35,869 bases of DNA, from the IMG/VR virus record IMGVR_UViG_3300029678_000016; one strand, given 5' to 3'. The translations under genes and the position numbers were made by a program. The notes under the pieces were generated by a model, which did no database searches, had not been told where the DNA came from, and saw nothing but the letters and a program-made list of their open reading frames with translations. Position 1 is the stretch's first letter; the number at the start of each line of letters is the position of its first letter. Positions 1-9,351 of this stretch are shown here, one piece after another. The DNA comes from a virus.

Positions 1-111
1 CTGCATAGATGTGCATTGATAATATTTTTCGCATCTATGCAGGATAACCTACTGATTTATAGATACTTGCATTGATGCATTGATAAAATGAAGTACTATT
101 AAATATATGAA
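1..111. repeat. Hub repeat copy A, 3' part. It continues from 35771-35869 across the circular junction. Bases 1-72 are identical to 35798-35869.
   Basis: Direct comparison: 1-111 matches 20983-21093 with mismatches only at 74 (g vs a) and 107 (a vs t). It contains an 11-bp inverted repeat, ctgcatagatg (1-11) / catctatgcag (32-42). Confidence 0.95.
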
Positions 112-290
112 TCCTTTTGATGTTGTTAAATAGTGTATATAATTGTATATGCATTTTAACTCCTTCAAAAGGTTTTCGTTGGTAAATATAGGAAAACATC
201 AATGCATCAATGCATCATCAATGCATCGGGCTGAGAATCAACCAGTTACAGCGCATTGGTGATCTATGCATCAATGCATTCATCAATGCA
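12..290. promoter_or_regulatory. Hub 1 iteron array: 9-mer ATC[A/T]ATGCA in opposed orientation around an AT-rich spacer
   Basis: Reverse-orientation copies (TGCAT[A/T]GAT) at 2-10, 12-20, 68-76 and 76-84. Forward copies at 33-41, 198-206, 206-214, 217-225, 262-270, 270-278 and 282-290. The AT-rich stretch at about 85-197 lies between the opposed 17-mers TGCATTGATGCATTGAT (68-84) and ATCAATGCATCAATGCA (198-214). Confidence 0.8.
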
Positions 291-371
291 CGGCTGGAAA
301 TTAGAAATCTTAGATTTAATTTTCACCAATTTGTGGTGTCGTGATTTGCCAGGGCATCTCGATGGCTAGAA

Positions 372-403
372 TTTGGGGATGCTGGGGATATTGATTACCT
401 TTG
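372..403 (+). promoter_or_regulatory. Bacteroidota-type promoter for the packaging/virion operon
   Basis: TTTG at 372-375 and TAccTTTG at 396-403 with a 20-nt spacer. It sits 25 nt upstream of the ATG at 429. Confidence 0.6.
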
Positions 404-428
404 CCTCGTGAATCAATAACACTTTTAT

Positions 429-1040
429 ATGAACAGTACTCAAGCGAATCTATACAATCCCTTTTACGGAGAAGAACTGTACACCCTTTACAAGGAGAGG
501 TTCGGTCACACACCGCTCTTCACGGAACCGGGGCAGCTTCGGGAGGTCTTCGACAACTACGTGCTGTGGTGCCGCAACCATCCTATCGAATCCGTCGATT
601 ACGTGAGAAGCGGTGTCATGGCTGGACAGAGTTACGTTGTACGAAAGAAACTGCTGGTAACAGAATTCGGCTTTACCCAATTCCTCGGTGCGAGCTGCGA
701 CTATCTGAATTACCGCGAACGAGACTTCCGGGCGCAGCACGAGAAGTACCACGATGACGAATCCCTTGCATTCATTGAGGAGATCCGGGTGATCCGGCAA
801 TGGATCAGAGATGACATGGACAAGGGCGCATCGGTCGGACTGTACGATCCTAACTATATCTCGAAGCTACGCGGACTCAAGGCATTGAGCGATGTCACCA
901 GCAACAACGAGAAGATATCTGGCGGGCTGCGCGTTGAAGTTTTAAACAACGATACGGCTAAACGTATGCAAGCCCTTGCGAAAGTCGCTAAGAAGCGAGA
1001 AAAACACGGTGATGATAAACTAGACGATCCGAAGGAATGA
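429..1040 (+). CDS. terS: Terminase small subunit (putative)
   Basis: First gene after the hub 1 promoter; its stop overlaps the terL start. It has the N-terminal pattern common in small terminases (FDNYVLWCRNHP ... TEFGFTQFLGASCDYL, HTH-like) and a charged C-tail. The call rests on position and motif only. Confidence 0.6.
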   Translation: MNSTQANLYNPFYGEELYTLYKERFGHTPLFTEPGQLREVFDNYVLWCRNHPIESVDYVRSGVMAGQSYVVRKKLLVTEFGFTQFLGASCDYLNYRERDFRAQHEKYHDDESLAFIEEIRVIRQWIRDDMDKGASVGLYDPNYISKLRGLKALSDVTSNNEKISGGLRVEVLNNDTAKRMQALAKVAKKREKHGDDKLDDPKE

Positions 1041-2209
1041 AGACAACCTACGTATTCGACAAACTTCTAGAAGCCACGGTCGACCCGAACGTCCGTGGCG
1101 TATCCAGCAGAGGCGGCACACGATCCTCCAAGACGTGGTCGATGCTTCAGCTTCTCTACATTATGGCTAGGGAATCGGAAACACCGCTCCTCATCTCCTG
1201 CGTTACGGACACGATGCCAGGCATCAAGCGAGGCATGTTCCGGGACTTCAAGCGCATGCTGCAGGACGAAGGCTTGTGGGACGACAAGTGCATGAATCTG
1301 ACCGATTCGATCTATACGCTGGAAAACGGGTCACAGATCGAATTCTTCGGATGCGAGGATTCCTCGAAGGTCTTCGGTCCGGCACGTGATGTCCTGTTCG
1401 TCAACGAGGCGCAGCGTGTCCCGTTCGAAGTGTTCAGGCAGATGGCTGTGCGTACCAGGCTGATGCTCTACATCGACTTCAATCCTGTCAAGAAATTTTG
1501 GGCACACGACTACTTCAAGGGACCGGGGATGGTCGAGATCGTGAGCACTTACAAGGACAATCCGTACTTGACCCCCGAGCAGATCGAGGAGATCGAGCGA
1601 AACAGGGCTGACGAGAACTGGTGGCGAATCTTCGGTCTCGGAGAAACCGGAGGAGTCGAAGGACTCGTGTATCCGGATTATGACGTGGTTCCCGAGTTCC
1701 CTGCAGACGTTACGGGACAGTGCCTGGGTCTTGACTTCGGATTCACCGGTGACCCCACAGCCATCGTGCGTGTCGGCTTCAAGGGAAGCGACCTGTACAT
1801 CGAGGAGCTCGAATACCGGACAGGCATGGTCAACTGGGACATCTCGGAAGTTCTCCATGATCTCGGATTCCACAAGACGTACACCATCGCGGATTCCGCA
1901 GAGCAGAAGAGCATCACCGAGATTTCCCGGCTGGGCTGCAAGATCATCCCGTGCATCAAGGGCAAAGGATCGGTGGTTGCGGGGATCAGCGAAGTCAAGC
2001 AGTTCAAGCTGCATGTAGTCGCAGGATCACGGAACGTGCAGGATGAGTTCGACCAGTACTCGTGGACTCTCGACAGGATGACAGGGATGTACGACACCAC
2101 GAAGCCGCAGGATGCGAATAATCACGCTATGGACGCACTTCGCTACGCAGTCGACTATCTTATAACCAAGTACCGTCCGGGTGCTAAAAATCAAGGGAAA
2201 AATGGGTAA
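1037..2209 (+). CDS. terL: Terminase large subunit, PBSX/Terminase_3-like
   Basis: Walker A GGTRSSKT and Walker B-like VLFVNEA. Nuclease-domain motifs GLDFGFTGDPTA, IADSAEQKS and NHAMDALRYA. Confidence 0.92.
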   Translation: MKTTYVFDKLLEATVDPNVRGVSSRGGTRSSKTWSMLQLLYIMARESETPLLISCVTDTMPGIKRGMFRDFKRMLQDEGLWDDKCMNLTDSIYTLENGSQIEFFGCEDSSKVFGPARDVLFVNEAQRVPFEVFRQMAVRTRLMLYIDFNPVKKFWAHDYFKGPGMVEIVSTYKDNPYLTPEQIEEIERNRADENWWRIFGLGETGGVEGLVYPDYDVVPEFPADVTGQCLGLDFGFTGDPTAIVRVGFKGSDLYIEELEYRTGMVNWDISEVLHDLGFHKTYTIADSAEQKSITEISRLGCKIIPCIKGKGSVVAGISEVKQFKLHVVAGSRNVQDEFDQYSWTLDRMTGMYDTTKPQDANNHAMDALRYAVDYLITKYRPGAKNQGKNG

Positions 2210-2825
2210 TTTCAAAAACTTCAGAAGCTATGTAGCTTACCGGTTCGCAAGACCTTTCAAGCGTTTCTACGGATTCGTGAAACGCAGGATCAGCCGCAAG
2301 CAGAGGATCATGTCCCTGCTAAGTCTCTCTAATCTAAAGCCCGATGCCGTGATGGCTATGTCGCAAGATGAGCGGGCATTGTTGGATGTTTTTGCAAAAT
2401 TAATCGTACCTTCGCACCTAGTAACTCGGAAGGGTCGGATCATCCGCGCCATCCCCCAACTTGAGGATGTGGAACTGTGGCAGATGATCGAAGCCCGAAG
2501 GGCGGAGACAGCGATCGACCGCATCAAGGGATGGTGCGGATACGTTCCGGAAACGGTAGCCGACATGATCAAGTTGTCAAAGTTTATTGAATCCGAGTTC
2601 CATCGTGCCGACCAGCTGGAGGCTGCGCTGCTTCCCCGAGGCGGGGGCGAGGCGGACACCAGCCCGATAGCCGAAGCAAAGAACATCCTGGGCATGGTTC
2701 AGATGACCGCAGAACTGATGTCGTGCTCCTTCGAGGAAGCCAAGAAGATAAACTACTCGGATGCCATTCTCGCTATCAGCAGACGGCATGACGAAGTAGA
2801 GAGAATGAAAACTAAAGCTAACTAA
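2181..2825 (+). CDS. Hypothetical protein (start uncertain; ATG at 2202 is also possible)
   Basis: Long ORF in the operon frame immediately after terL. No motif recognised. Confidence 0.5.
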   Translation: MLKIKGKMGNFKNFRSYVAYRFARPFKRFYGFVKRRISRKQRIMSLLSLSNLKPDAVMAMSQDERALLDVFAKLIVPSHLVTRKGRIIRAIPQLEDVELWQMIEARRAETAIDRIKGWCGYVPETVADMIKLSKFIESEFHRADQLEAALLPRGGGEADTSPIAEAKNILGMVQMTAELMSCSFEEAKKINYSDAILAISRRHDEVERMKTKAN

Positions 2826-2831
2826 TCGATT

Positions 2832-4853
2832 ATGGAATGTAAAAAGTACGAAATTATTGAAGATGGTGGACGCAAGCGAATCCGGTCTCTCCGTGATTTC
2901 ACGGTGCAGGACCGTCACGTATGCGTCGGTGATCTCGGTGGCTACGTCTATGACGAGCGTACATTAGGACAGCGCGGTGGCGCCTGGATTTTCTCCGGAT
3001 CATTGGAGTATCCCGGTATCCACGTGATTGATGAGGCTATCGTGGATATGGGCAGCAACGAGGCGTTCGCCAACTCAGCCCGCATGAATCGTGTGTTCAT
3101 CCGAGGAAACAGCCGGATCATGGGCATGATGCAGTTCGTGTCATCTGCGACTTCAGAAGTTACTCAGACTCCTGCGATGTACGAGCAGGGCTACTACGAA
3201 GGTTACGCTGGCGTGCCGTATGAGGCGGCAGCACGTGAAGCATCGGATAAGGTGCGGTCTAAAGAGATGGTGTGGAGCGCAGGTGCCGGTAAGGTGATCC
3301 TGCCTAACGCAGAATACGAGATCATGTGCAACAAGCTGGACGAGGATGGTGTGACACTGGCTACCATAGCATGGAGAACAGGCGGTCCGGACGTAACGAT
3401 CGATCTGTCGGATGCACCCGCATTCGTCTTGAACGTCCGCAAGAAAGCAGGCGGAGCTATCACGCCAGCAGACATCACAGCAGCCGGATTCAAGATTCAA
3501 GGACCTGTCCTATCAAAGATGGACTTGAATGACGCCACTTTGTCAGTTACGTATGACAGAGCGGCTACTCCGGGAACAGCGTTGAAAATCCTACATGCGA
3601 ATGGCTTAATGTCTGTTCTTGATACTGCAGATATCCGTGTCTCATATTCCCCAACCCAGTCATCGGGATTGTGTGTGAATTGTGAGCTATATCGTACAAA
3701 CGCGGTTATAGGGCTCACACCGGGGAAATTCGGGTCTCTTGTAGGCACCTTCCGTGATACTGAACTCATTACAATTGACCCAACGTTCTTAGGATCATAT
3801 AGTTACGCTAGCAATCGCAAGCTTATGAGCGTATCCGACTGCAAAGAAGTAGTGTTGTCCAGCAAGACCCAGCCCGATTTAGCTGAATTCAATAAACAAA
3901 ACGGTAAGCTAGTATTCCGAGGATGCAACGTTCCCGTGGGTATCTTCTATTACGATCATAATCCGGGTGGAAACGTCTACGAAGGCATCGACTTTACCAA
4001 GGCTTCCGAGCATCTTGGCAAGACCTTGCCGAAGCAGGCGCAGACGATACTCGTGTCATCCACAGTCGAAGGGATGTACCGTCTGTATCGTAACGCAGAT
4101 GACAAGGTGTTCGGGATGCTGGTGCAGGATTATGCTTCTGTAGATAATATGGGATACGGAACGTTGGAGTCATCCTATGACTCTGTAGTATACGCTGACT
4201 GCGTGCTGGACGGTGTGTTCAACGTCATCGGATGCAACGTATTCGGAGGAACGCTGGGAGGAGCTAGCAAGGTTCATTCGACAAGCCTAGAAGCTGTAGA
4301 GATCAACGGTAACTTCCGAATCGAAGGAAACGCTCAGATCGAAGACACACCTCTCAAGGGTACAGGCTACATCGGAGGTAATGCGGAGCTGAAGAATGGC
4401 AAAGTAGAAGGCTACATCTACATGCAGGATAACGCGAAGTACATCCCTGCGAAAGTGACTAAACCTTCTATTATCAAAAACTTAGTTATGCGTGACAATT
4501 CGAAAATTCTGAAACAACGTGATGTATCTAATAATCACGTCAATATTGAGATGTCAGATAATGCGGTTATCGACGCAATTGTCAGCACAGATCGGGGCTT
4601 CTTGCTTATGTCGGATAATTCACATATCAGCATAGCTAGCGAATCGATGATGAGTTTAGTGAACGGATTATTGGAAATGCGGGATAATGCACGTATAACT
4701 GGAACAGGCCTTGTCGTAATCAATGGTGATGTAGAACTCGTAGGAAACTTCAGCCTTTCCGCAGGATCACGAACAATCTACGGTAAACACCGCATCTCCA
4801 GCCTCGATGAAGTGAATAAACCGGAAGTACCACCTATGAAGAAAACTTGGTGA
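2832..4853 (+). CDS. Large beta-helix repeat virion protein, paralog A (putative tail fibre/spike)
   Basis: 673 aa. The N-terminus has the GDLGGYV..E..L.Q.G.AW pattern, and DN[AS]xI-type repeats (MRDNSKI, MSDNAVI, MSDNSHI, MRDNARI) occur near the C-terminus. It shares blocks with the next gene, for example LVFRGCNVPVGIF..YEGIDFTKASEHLGKT versus LVLRNCIVPKAVF..YKDIDFSYAQEHLGKT. Confidence 0.5.
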   Translation: MECKKYEIIEDGGRKRIRSLRDFTVQDRHVCVGDLGGYVYDERTLGQRGGAWIFSGSLEYPGIHVIDEAIVDMGSNEAFANSARMNRVFIRGNSRIMGMMQFVSSATSEVTQTPAMYEQGYYEGYAGVPYEAAAREASDKVRSKEMVWSAGAGKVILPNAEYEIMCNKLDEDGVTLATIAWRTGGPDVTIDLSDAPAFVLNVRKKAGGAITPADITAAGFKIQGPVLSKMDLNDATLSVTYDRAATPGTALKILHANGLMSVLDTADIRVSYSPTQSSGLCVNCELYRTNAVIGLTPGKFGSLVGTFRDTELITIDPTFLGSYSYASNRKLMSVSDCKEVVLSSKTQPDLAEFNKQNGKLVFRGCNVPVGIFYYDHNPGGNVYEGIDFTKASEHLGKTLPKQAQTILVSSTVEGMYRLYRNADDKVFGMLVQDYASVDNMGYGTLESSYDSVVYADCVLDGVFNVIGCNVFGGTLGGASKVHSTSLEAVEINGNFRIEGNAQIEDTPLKGTGYIGGNAELKNGKVEGYIYMQDNAKYIPAKVTKPSIIKNLVMRDNSKILKQRDVSNNHVNIEMSDNAVIDAIVSTDRGFLLMSDNSHISIASESMMSLVNGLLEMRDNARITGTGLVVINGDVELVGNFSLSAGSRTIYGKHRISSLDEVNKPEVPPMKKTW

Positions 4854-4854
4854 T

Positions 4855-7551
4855 ATGGGAAAGAAGTATTCAATTAATTCAGAAGGATACATCGTAGCCG
4901 AGAGAGACATCTACTCTCTCGGTGGATTAATCCCTAGAGGTTCGGTAGGCGGCAAGGTCGCGTCCGAGAAGCAGCTGTCACAGGAGGGCGAATGCTGGCT
5001 GAACGCTGGTGATATATCGAATCGTCCGGATATCGTAATCAAGGATAACGTGTTTATCGGTAATTTCTTCGCGTCTTCATCAGAGGTTCACACAGACGGC
5101 ATTACGGAGTTTAGTGGGAATACAAAGATACCCGGAACGATAATTGTACGTAATGTTGCAGCAGATACTAAAAACAATGTGTTCATCAAGGATTCGTTTA
5201 TCGGAATATCTATGGACATAATTTGCGGACCTGCTACTAATACGAAGAACTTCCCTATGGAGCAAGGACAGTACAACAAAGACGCTCCTAAAGGGACTCT
5301 ATTCACTAGCTCTACGATGAAGCTAGATGCGGCTAATTGCGTCAGAAATACGGCTACGCTTAGAATAGGCGAAGACACCTATGTGTACACGCCACCGGGA
5401 TATAATGCTAGAATATTCTGGGCGTATTACGATTTTGCAAAAGGAGCGATAGCATATGCCGGGGAAAACGAAGGGGTAACATCCGCATTGTATAAACTAT
5501 CGCACCCGGTGTATAATATTAGCATGATTATGTTTGATAAGGATCCTACATTGACTCCGGCTGAACTAGCGGCAGCAGGTGCGAAAATTATAGGTCATGT
5601 TAGCGATTCCGTGATAATGGATATAAGACCCGAATCTGCATCCGGGACATACGTGATGGACGGTTCTAAATTCATAATGCCTACTGATAACTTCGGCTTA
5701 TCTACTACACAGATACGGTTCCTTGCTGGCGAGTTGATCAACACGACCATGTACACGAAAACAGACCGACAGGATTATAAGCCCTACGGTTCTTTCCGTA
5801 ACGTGGGGCATCTTGAATACAATAAGTATCTATCGAATAGTAGCAGAAACACAGCTACCCGTGACAGGTTCATCTCGGCTTATGACTGTCCGTTGCTGAG
5901 AGTTGACGAGAATACTTATAACTCATCACTGATGGCTAAAGGAAGCCTGGTGTTGCGTAACTGCATCGTCCCTAAGGCTGTGTTCATGAGCAATATCTTC
6001 AACGGGGATACCTATAAGGACATAGACTTCTCGTATGCACAAGAACATCTAGGCAAGACGTTTATCGGTAATACTCTTGCATCAAGTCACAGGCAGGGGC
6101 TTTATGCAGCATCTTTCAACAACAGAATTGTCGGATTCGTTAGCAGACCGGAAAACGCGGCTGATGGGGCTTATATAGGTCCGGACGCAAAAGACGACCC
6201 TTTGGGCGGGTCTGTTATCGAGCAGGGAACGTATAACAATACACTTGTAGGTCAGTATTACGAAGATACTAAGACTGACTTTTCTAACCGTGTGAGGACG
6301 CGCGTTCCTTTTTCCACTGAAGGCACCTATCTCCCGACAATGCCTAGCGGCTTTAAGATTGCCGTGGCGTGCTATCTGGACGAGAACTTTATATTGACGG
6401 ATTCCGAAACGGACCCTACGTCTGTATCCTCCGACCACCCGTACTTCGCGCTGGCATTCGGAAAGTCAGATAACAGCGCCATCACGCCTAAAGACTTCGC
6501 AGCCCTTAACCTGTATATCCGCTCTTACGACTATTCTTCCGTCCCTACTGTTTCGGGAAACGGATTAGTAGGTGAAGGATGCAACGTTCGCGGAGATGTC
6601 GAGGTGATCGGGCAACCATATGTGAACAGAATCCTTGATGTTAACTTGTGGGAACGAGGCACGACAGGAGCGCAAGCCCCTACATGGGAAGAAGCCAAAG
6701 GAACACAGGTTCTCCCCCATCGAGTAAGATTGGTGGACACCATACGAGTAAGACCGGGAGACACCGTTACCTGTAAGGATGCATATTACGTAGAATGCAA
6801 TGCCTTTGACGGGAATGGACAATTCTTAAGCAGGTCTGCTTGGGTGAAGAGCTACAAGGTTCCAGAGAACGCATCGTTCCTGGGTCTCGTATTAAGACTC
6901 GTATCCGATGGGTACATGGACGAATCCGATATACAGGCAGCAGAGGTGCGCTACGTTACGGAATTCAAGAAAGCCCGTTATATCACTAACGAGATAGATC
7001 GGAAAGACCCCAGCGATATCTTTTTAAGTCAAGACGACTGGCAAGTATCTCGCATTAGCACCGGATCGGGATCTGTTGGTATAAATTATGATTCATTGAA
7101 AGGCGAGTCGAATAAATGGTGCATCCTCAAACGACCGATTAACTCTGGTAATTCATGGACTGTCACATTAGGCAACAGTGTTACTTATACTTCCCACTAT
7201 ACTTCGTGGGACGCCTTAACCAAATTACTAGGCTCCGGGATTAAAGACAATGTGGCATTAACAGGTCTTGAACTCAAAAAGAAGGACGACAACATAGTAA
7301 CTCTGCTAGATGTACCTGCGGGCAGGTTTGTAGTAGAATACGTTCCTACTCCACGAATCTTGAAGCCTTACCGTTCTACCGGCATCACAATCCAAAAGAC
7401 ACGGGTGCGCCTGTATGATAACGCAGTTCTGTCCCTGCAATTGGTAAGTGGACAGGATGTGGTCTTGAAGGACAATGCGATAATGGGTAATACTCCCGGT
7501 GCGTGTGTATGTGGTAACGGTCATGATGACGCAATAATCAAGAAGCCATGA
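4855..7551 (+). CDS. Large beta-helix repeat virion protein, paralog B (putative tail fibre/spike)
   Basis: 898 aa. The first roughly 400 aa are collinear with paralog A (GSVGGKV..E.QLSQEGECW; TPAELAAAGAKIIG versus TPADITAAGFKIQG). The C-terminal roughly 500 aa are unrelated. Confidence 0.5.
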   Translation: MGKKYSINSEGYIVAERDIYSLGGLIPRGSVGGKVASEKQLSQEGECWLNAGDISNRPDIVIKDNVFIGNFFASSSEVHTDGITEFSGNTKIPGTIIVRNVAADTKNNVFIKDSFIGISMDIICGPATNTKNFPMEQGQYNKDAPKGTLFTSSTMKLDAANCVRNTATLRIGEDTYVYTPPGYNARIFWAYYDFAKGAIAYAGENEGVTSALYKLSHPVYNISMIMFDKDPTLTPAELAAAGAKIIGHVSDSVIMDIRPESASGTYVMDGSKFIMPTDNFGLSTTQIRFLAGELINTTMYTKTDRQDYKPYGSFRNVGHLEYNKYLSNSSRNTATRDRFISAYDCPLLRVDENTYNSSLMAKGSLVLRNCIVPKAVFMSNIFNGDTYKDIDFSYAQEHLGKTFIGNTLASSHRQGLYAASFNNRIVGFVSRPENAADGAYIGPDAKDDPLGGSVIEQGTYNNTLVGQYYEDTKTDFSNRVRTRVPFSTEGTYLPTMPSGFKIAVACYLDENFILTDSETDPTSVSSDHPYFALAFGKSDNSAITPKDFAALNLYIRSYDYSSVPTVSGNGLVGEGCNVRGDVEVIGQPYVNRILDVNLWERGTTGAQAPTWEEAKGTQVLPHRVRLVDTIRVRPGDTVTCKDAYYVECNAFDGNGQFLSRSAWVKSYKVPENASFLGLVLRLVSDGYMDESDIQAAEVRYVTEFKKARYITNEIDRKDPSDIFLSQDDWQVSRISTGSGSVGINYDSLKGESNKWCILKRPINSGNSWTVTLGNSVTYTSHYTSWDALTKLLGSGIKDNVALTGLELKKKDDNIVTLLDVPAGRFVVEYVPTPRILKPYRSTGITIQKTRVRLYDNAVLSLQLVSGQDVVLKDNAIMGNTPGACVCGNGHDDAIIKKP

Positions 7552-7958
7552 TATTCAGCGATATAGTAAACTTCATGAACGAGGAAGCCGAGAAGATCGG
7601 GCTTCCTATCTACTTCGGATCGGACGATAATCTGAACGAGCAGGTAAACGCCATAAACGGAATGTTCCTCACGTTCGATGTACCGGGAGGCGGGATGAAC
7701 AAGCTGCCTCCGGCTGTCCGGAAGTACGATGTGGTCCTGCAATGCCTGGACGCGTCACACTATATGACCGACAACGTGCAGGAATTGCTAACTTTGGAAC
7801 GGACGGACTTGTATATTAACCGTCTAATGTCTACTTTTGTGTGTCATTCCGAAGTCGATGGTCTGAGATTCGCCAAGATTCAAGGCTTGTATGACTCTGA
7901 GAAATCCGGATGGAGGGCGACGTTTTCGGTAACGAATGATCTGCTAAACTATGGATAA
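7548..7958 (+). CDS. Hypothetical virion-module protein
   Basis: ATGA overlap with the upstream gene. Size and position fit a connector or tail-completion protein. No motif recognised. Confidence 0.4.
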   Translation: MIFSDIVNFMNEEAEKIGLPIYFGSDDNLNEQVNAINGMFLTFDVPGGGMNKLPPAVRKYDVVLQCLDASHYMTDNVQELLTLERTDLYINRLMSTFVCHSEVDGLRFAKIQGLYDSEKSGWRATFSVTNDLLNYG

Positions 7959-8385
7959 GGAAATTGTAGCGGTTGTTGAGCAGTTGGGAAAGGAAATATT
8001 CGATAACTACGTGTCCAAAGGCTTGGTAGCCTCCGGAGACTTCGGCAGGAATCTTACTCTGCACGAAAAAGGTGACTCCCTAAAACTGACAGCACCGAAG
8101 CATGTTATCCAGATGGAAAAAGGGAGGAAGGCTGGGAGTTTTCCTCCCGTTTCTGCTATTAGACAGTGGATCAAAGACAAGAACCGGACAGCCGGAACGG
8201 ACATCCCGGAAGAGGCGGCATACGCCATCGCCTACGTAATCAAGCGGGACGGCATCAAGGTTCCCAACAGGTACAACGGTGGCGGGGTGGTCTCCGACAT
8301 CATCAATCCCGAAAGGGTGAAGCGGCTGACGCTGGATATAAACAGGATCATTAAAGCAAAAATTCTAACAATATTAACGCAATGA
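7951..8385 (+). CDS. Hypothetical virion-module protein
   Basis: Overlaps the upstream stop by 8 nt. 144 aa. No secure motif. Confidence 0.4.
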   Translation: MDKEIVAVVEQLGKEIFDNYVSKGLVASGDFGRNLTLHEKGDSLKLTAPKHVIQMEKGRKAGSFPPVSAIRQWIKDKNRTAGTDIPEEAAYAIAYVIKRDGIKVPNRYNGGGVVSDIINPERVKRLTLDINRIIKAKILTILTQ

Positions 8386-9350
8386 GAGTAGCAGTATCAC
8401 AAGCTAATATTAACGCGAGGATCACGGACGGTCAAACGTACACCTACCCGGGATGCATGACTATATGGAATAACACCCCGTTGAAGATGGTCGTTACAGA
8501 CCTGCCCACGGACATCATAGTGTACTTCTATGTGCAATGTCGATCATCCTTAGACTCGTTCTACGTGGCTAACCTGGAACCTGTCAACGGCATCGAGATA
8601 GACCTGGCATCCTACTTCCACCCGCTCATCCCTGCATTCAATAAACGGATAAGCCATTACACAGTGGAGCTGGTGGTAACTCACAGGGCTAACTTGACTG
8701 CTGATGCGAAGACTCAGAAATTCCGGATGCCGATCATGAACCTAGCCAGCCCGAACAACAAAAACCGGGTAACTAAAACCGACACGGACTTTCGGGATGG
8801 ATTGGGACGCAGAGCACCGTTAGCACATACGCTGGATGACGATTTCTACATCGACTCCGTTGACCCCGGCTACAGTTATACCGTAGAAGCCATATACCAG
8901 GATGGGGGTGAAGAAGAGTTCACATATTCACAGGGAGACTTGATCGTGGATGCATGCCAATACCGGAAGGTTACGATAAAGAAAGGGTCCGATATCGTAG
9001 CAGCCAAGTTCTATCCGGAAGAGACGAACGCATGCGGGGCTATTACGCTGAGATGGCTTAATTCCTGTGGGTCCTACGATGCAATCTCCTGCTACAATTG
9101 GAGCACGCAGCCTACGATCACACAGGGCTTGGACGGTGGCACGGTAACCAAACGTGAGCTGACCTGCGTATTCGAGCTGACTGAGGCTAACAAGTTCGCC
9201 CTTGACGTCCTGTCAACGTCTCCGGACGTGACGGTGCGGGGCTTGGACGGTGTACAATGGGATACCAAGATGCGCTGCTCCTCGACTACGGGGATCAAGT
9301 ATACGGCATCAGGTCTGGCAAAAACCGCAACGTTAAAGTTCCAATACTGA
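8382..9350 (+). CDS. Hypothetical virion structural protein
   Basis: ATGA overlap with the upstream gene. 322 aa and Cys-rich in the C-terminal half (ITLRWLNSCGSYDAISCYNW). Assigned by position only. Confidence 0.4.
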   Translation: MRVAVSQANINARITDGQTYTYPGCMTIWNNTPLKMVVTDLPTDIIVYFYVQCRSSLDSFYVANLEPVNGIEIDLASYFHPLIPAFNKRISHYTVELVVTHRANLTADAKTQKFRMPIMNLASPNNKNRVTKTDTDFRDGLGRRAPLAHTLDDDFYIDSVDPGYSYTVEAIYQDGGEEEFTYSQGDLIVDACQYRKVTIKKGSDIVAAKFYPEETNACGAITLRWLNSCGSYDAISCYNWSTQPTITQGLDGGTVTKRELTCVFELTEANKFALDVLSTSPDVTVRGLDGVQWDTKMRCSSTTGIKYTASGLAKTATLKFQY

Positions 9351-9351
9351 T

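Noticed and set aside
1-72. The 72-bp identity between the two contig ends read as a biological direct terminal repeat
   Set aside because: The same 72 bp also occurs internally, and the overlap ends 2 nt before the first variant base between repeat copies. This looks like an assembly or circularisation boundary set by the repeat. True termini need read-start analysis.
401-757. Plus-strand alternate-frame ORFs, for example 401..757, 1095..1295, 1680..2018, 8166..8354, 19093..19404, 24159..24422 and 28343..28531
   Set aside because: They overlap better-supported genes in another frame. Their Arg/Pro/Ser-rich composition is typical of off-frame translation.
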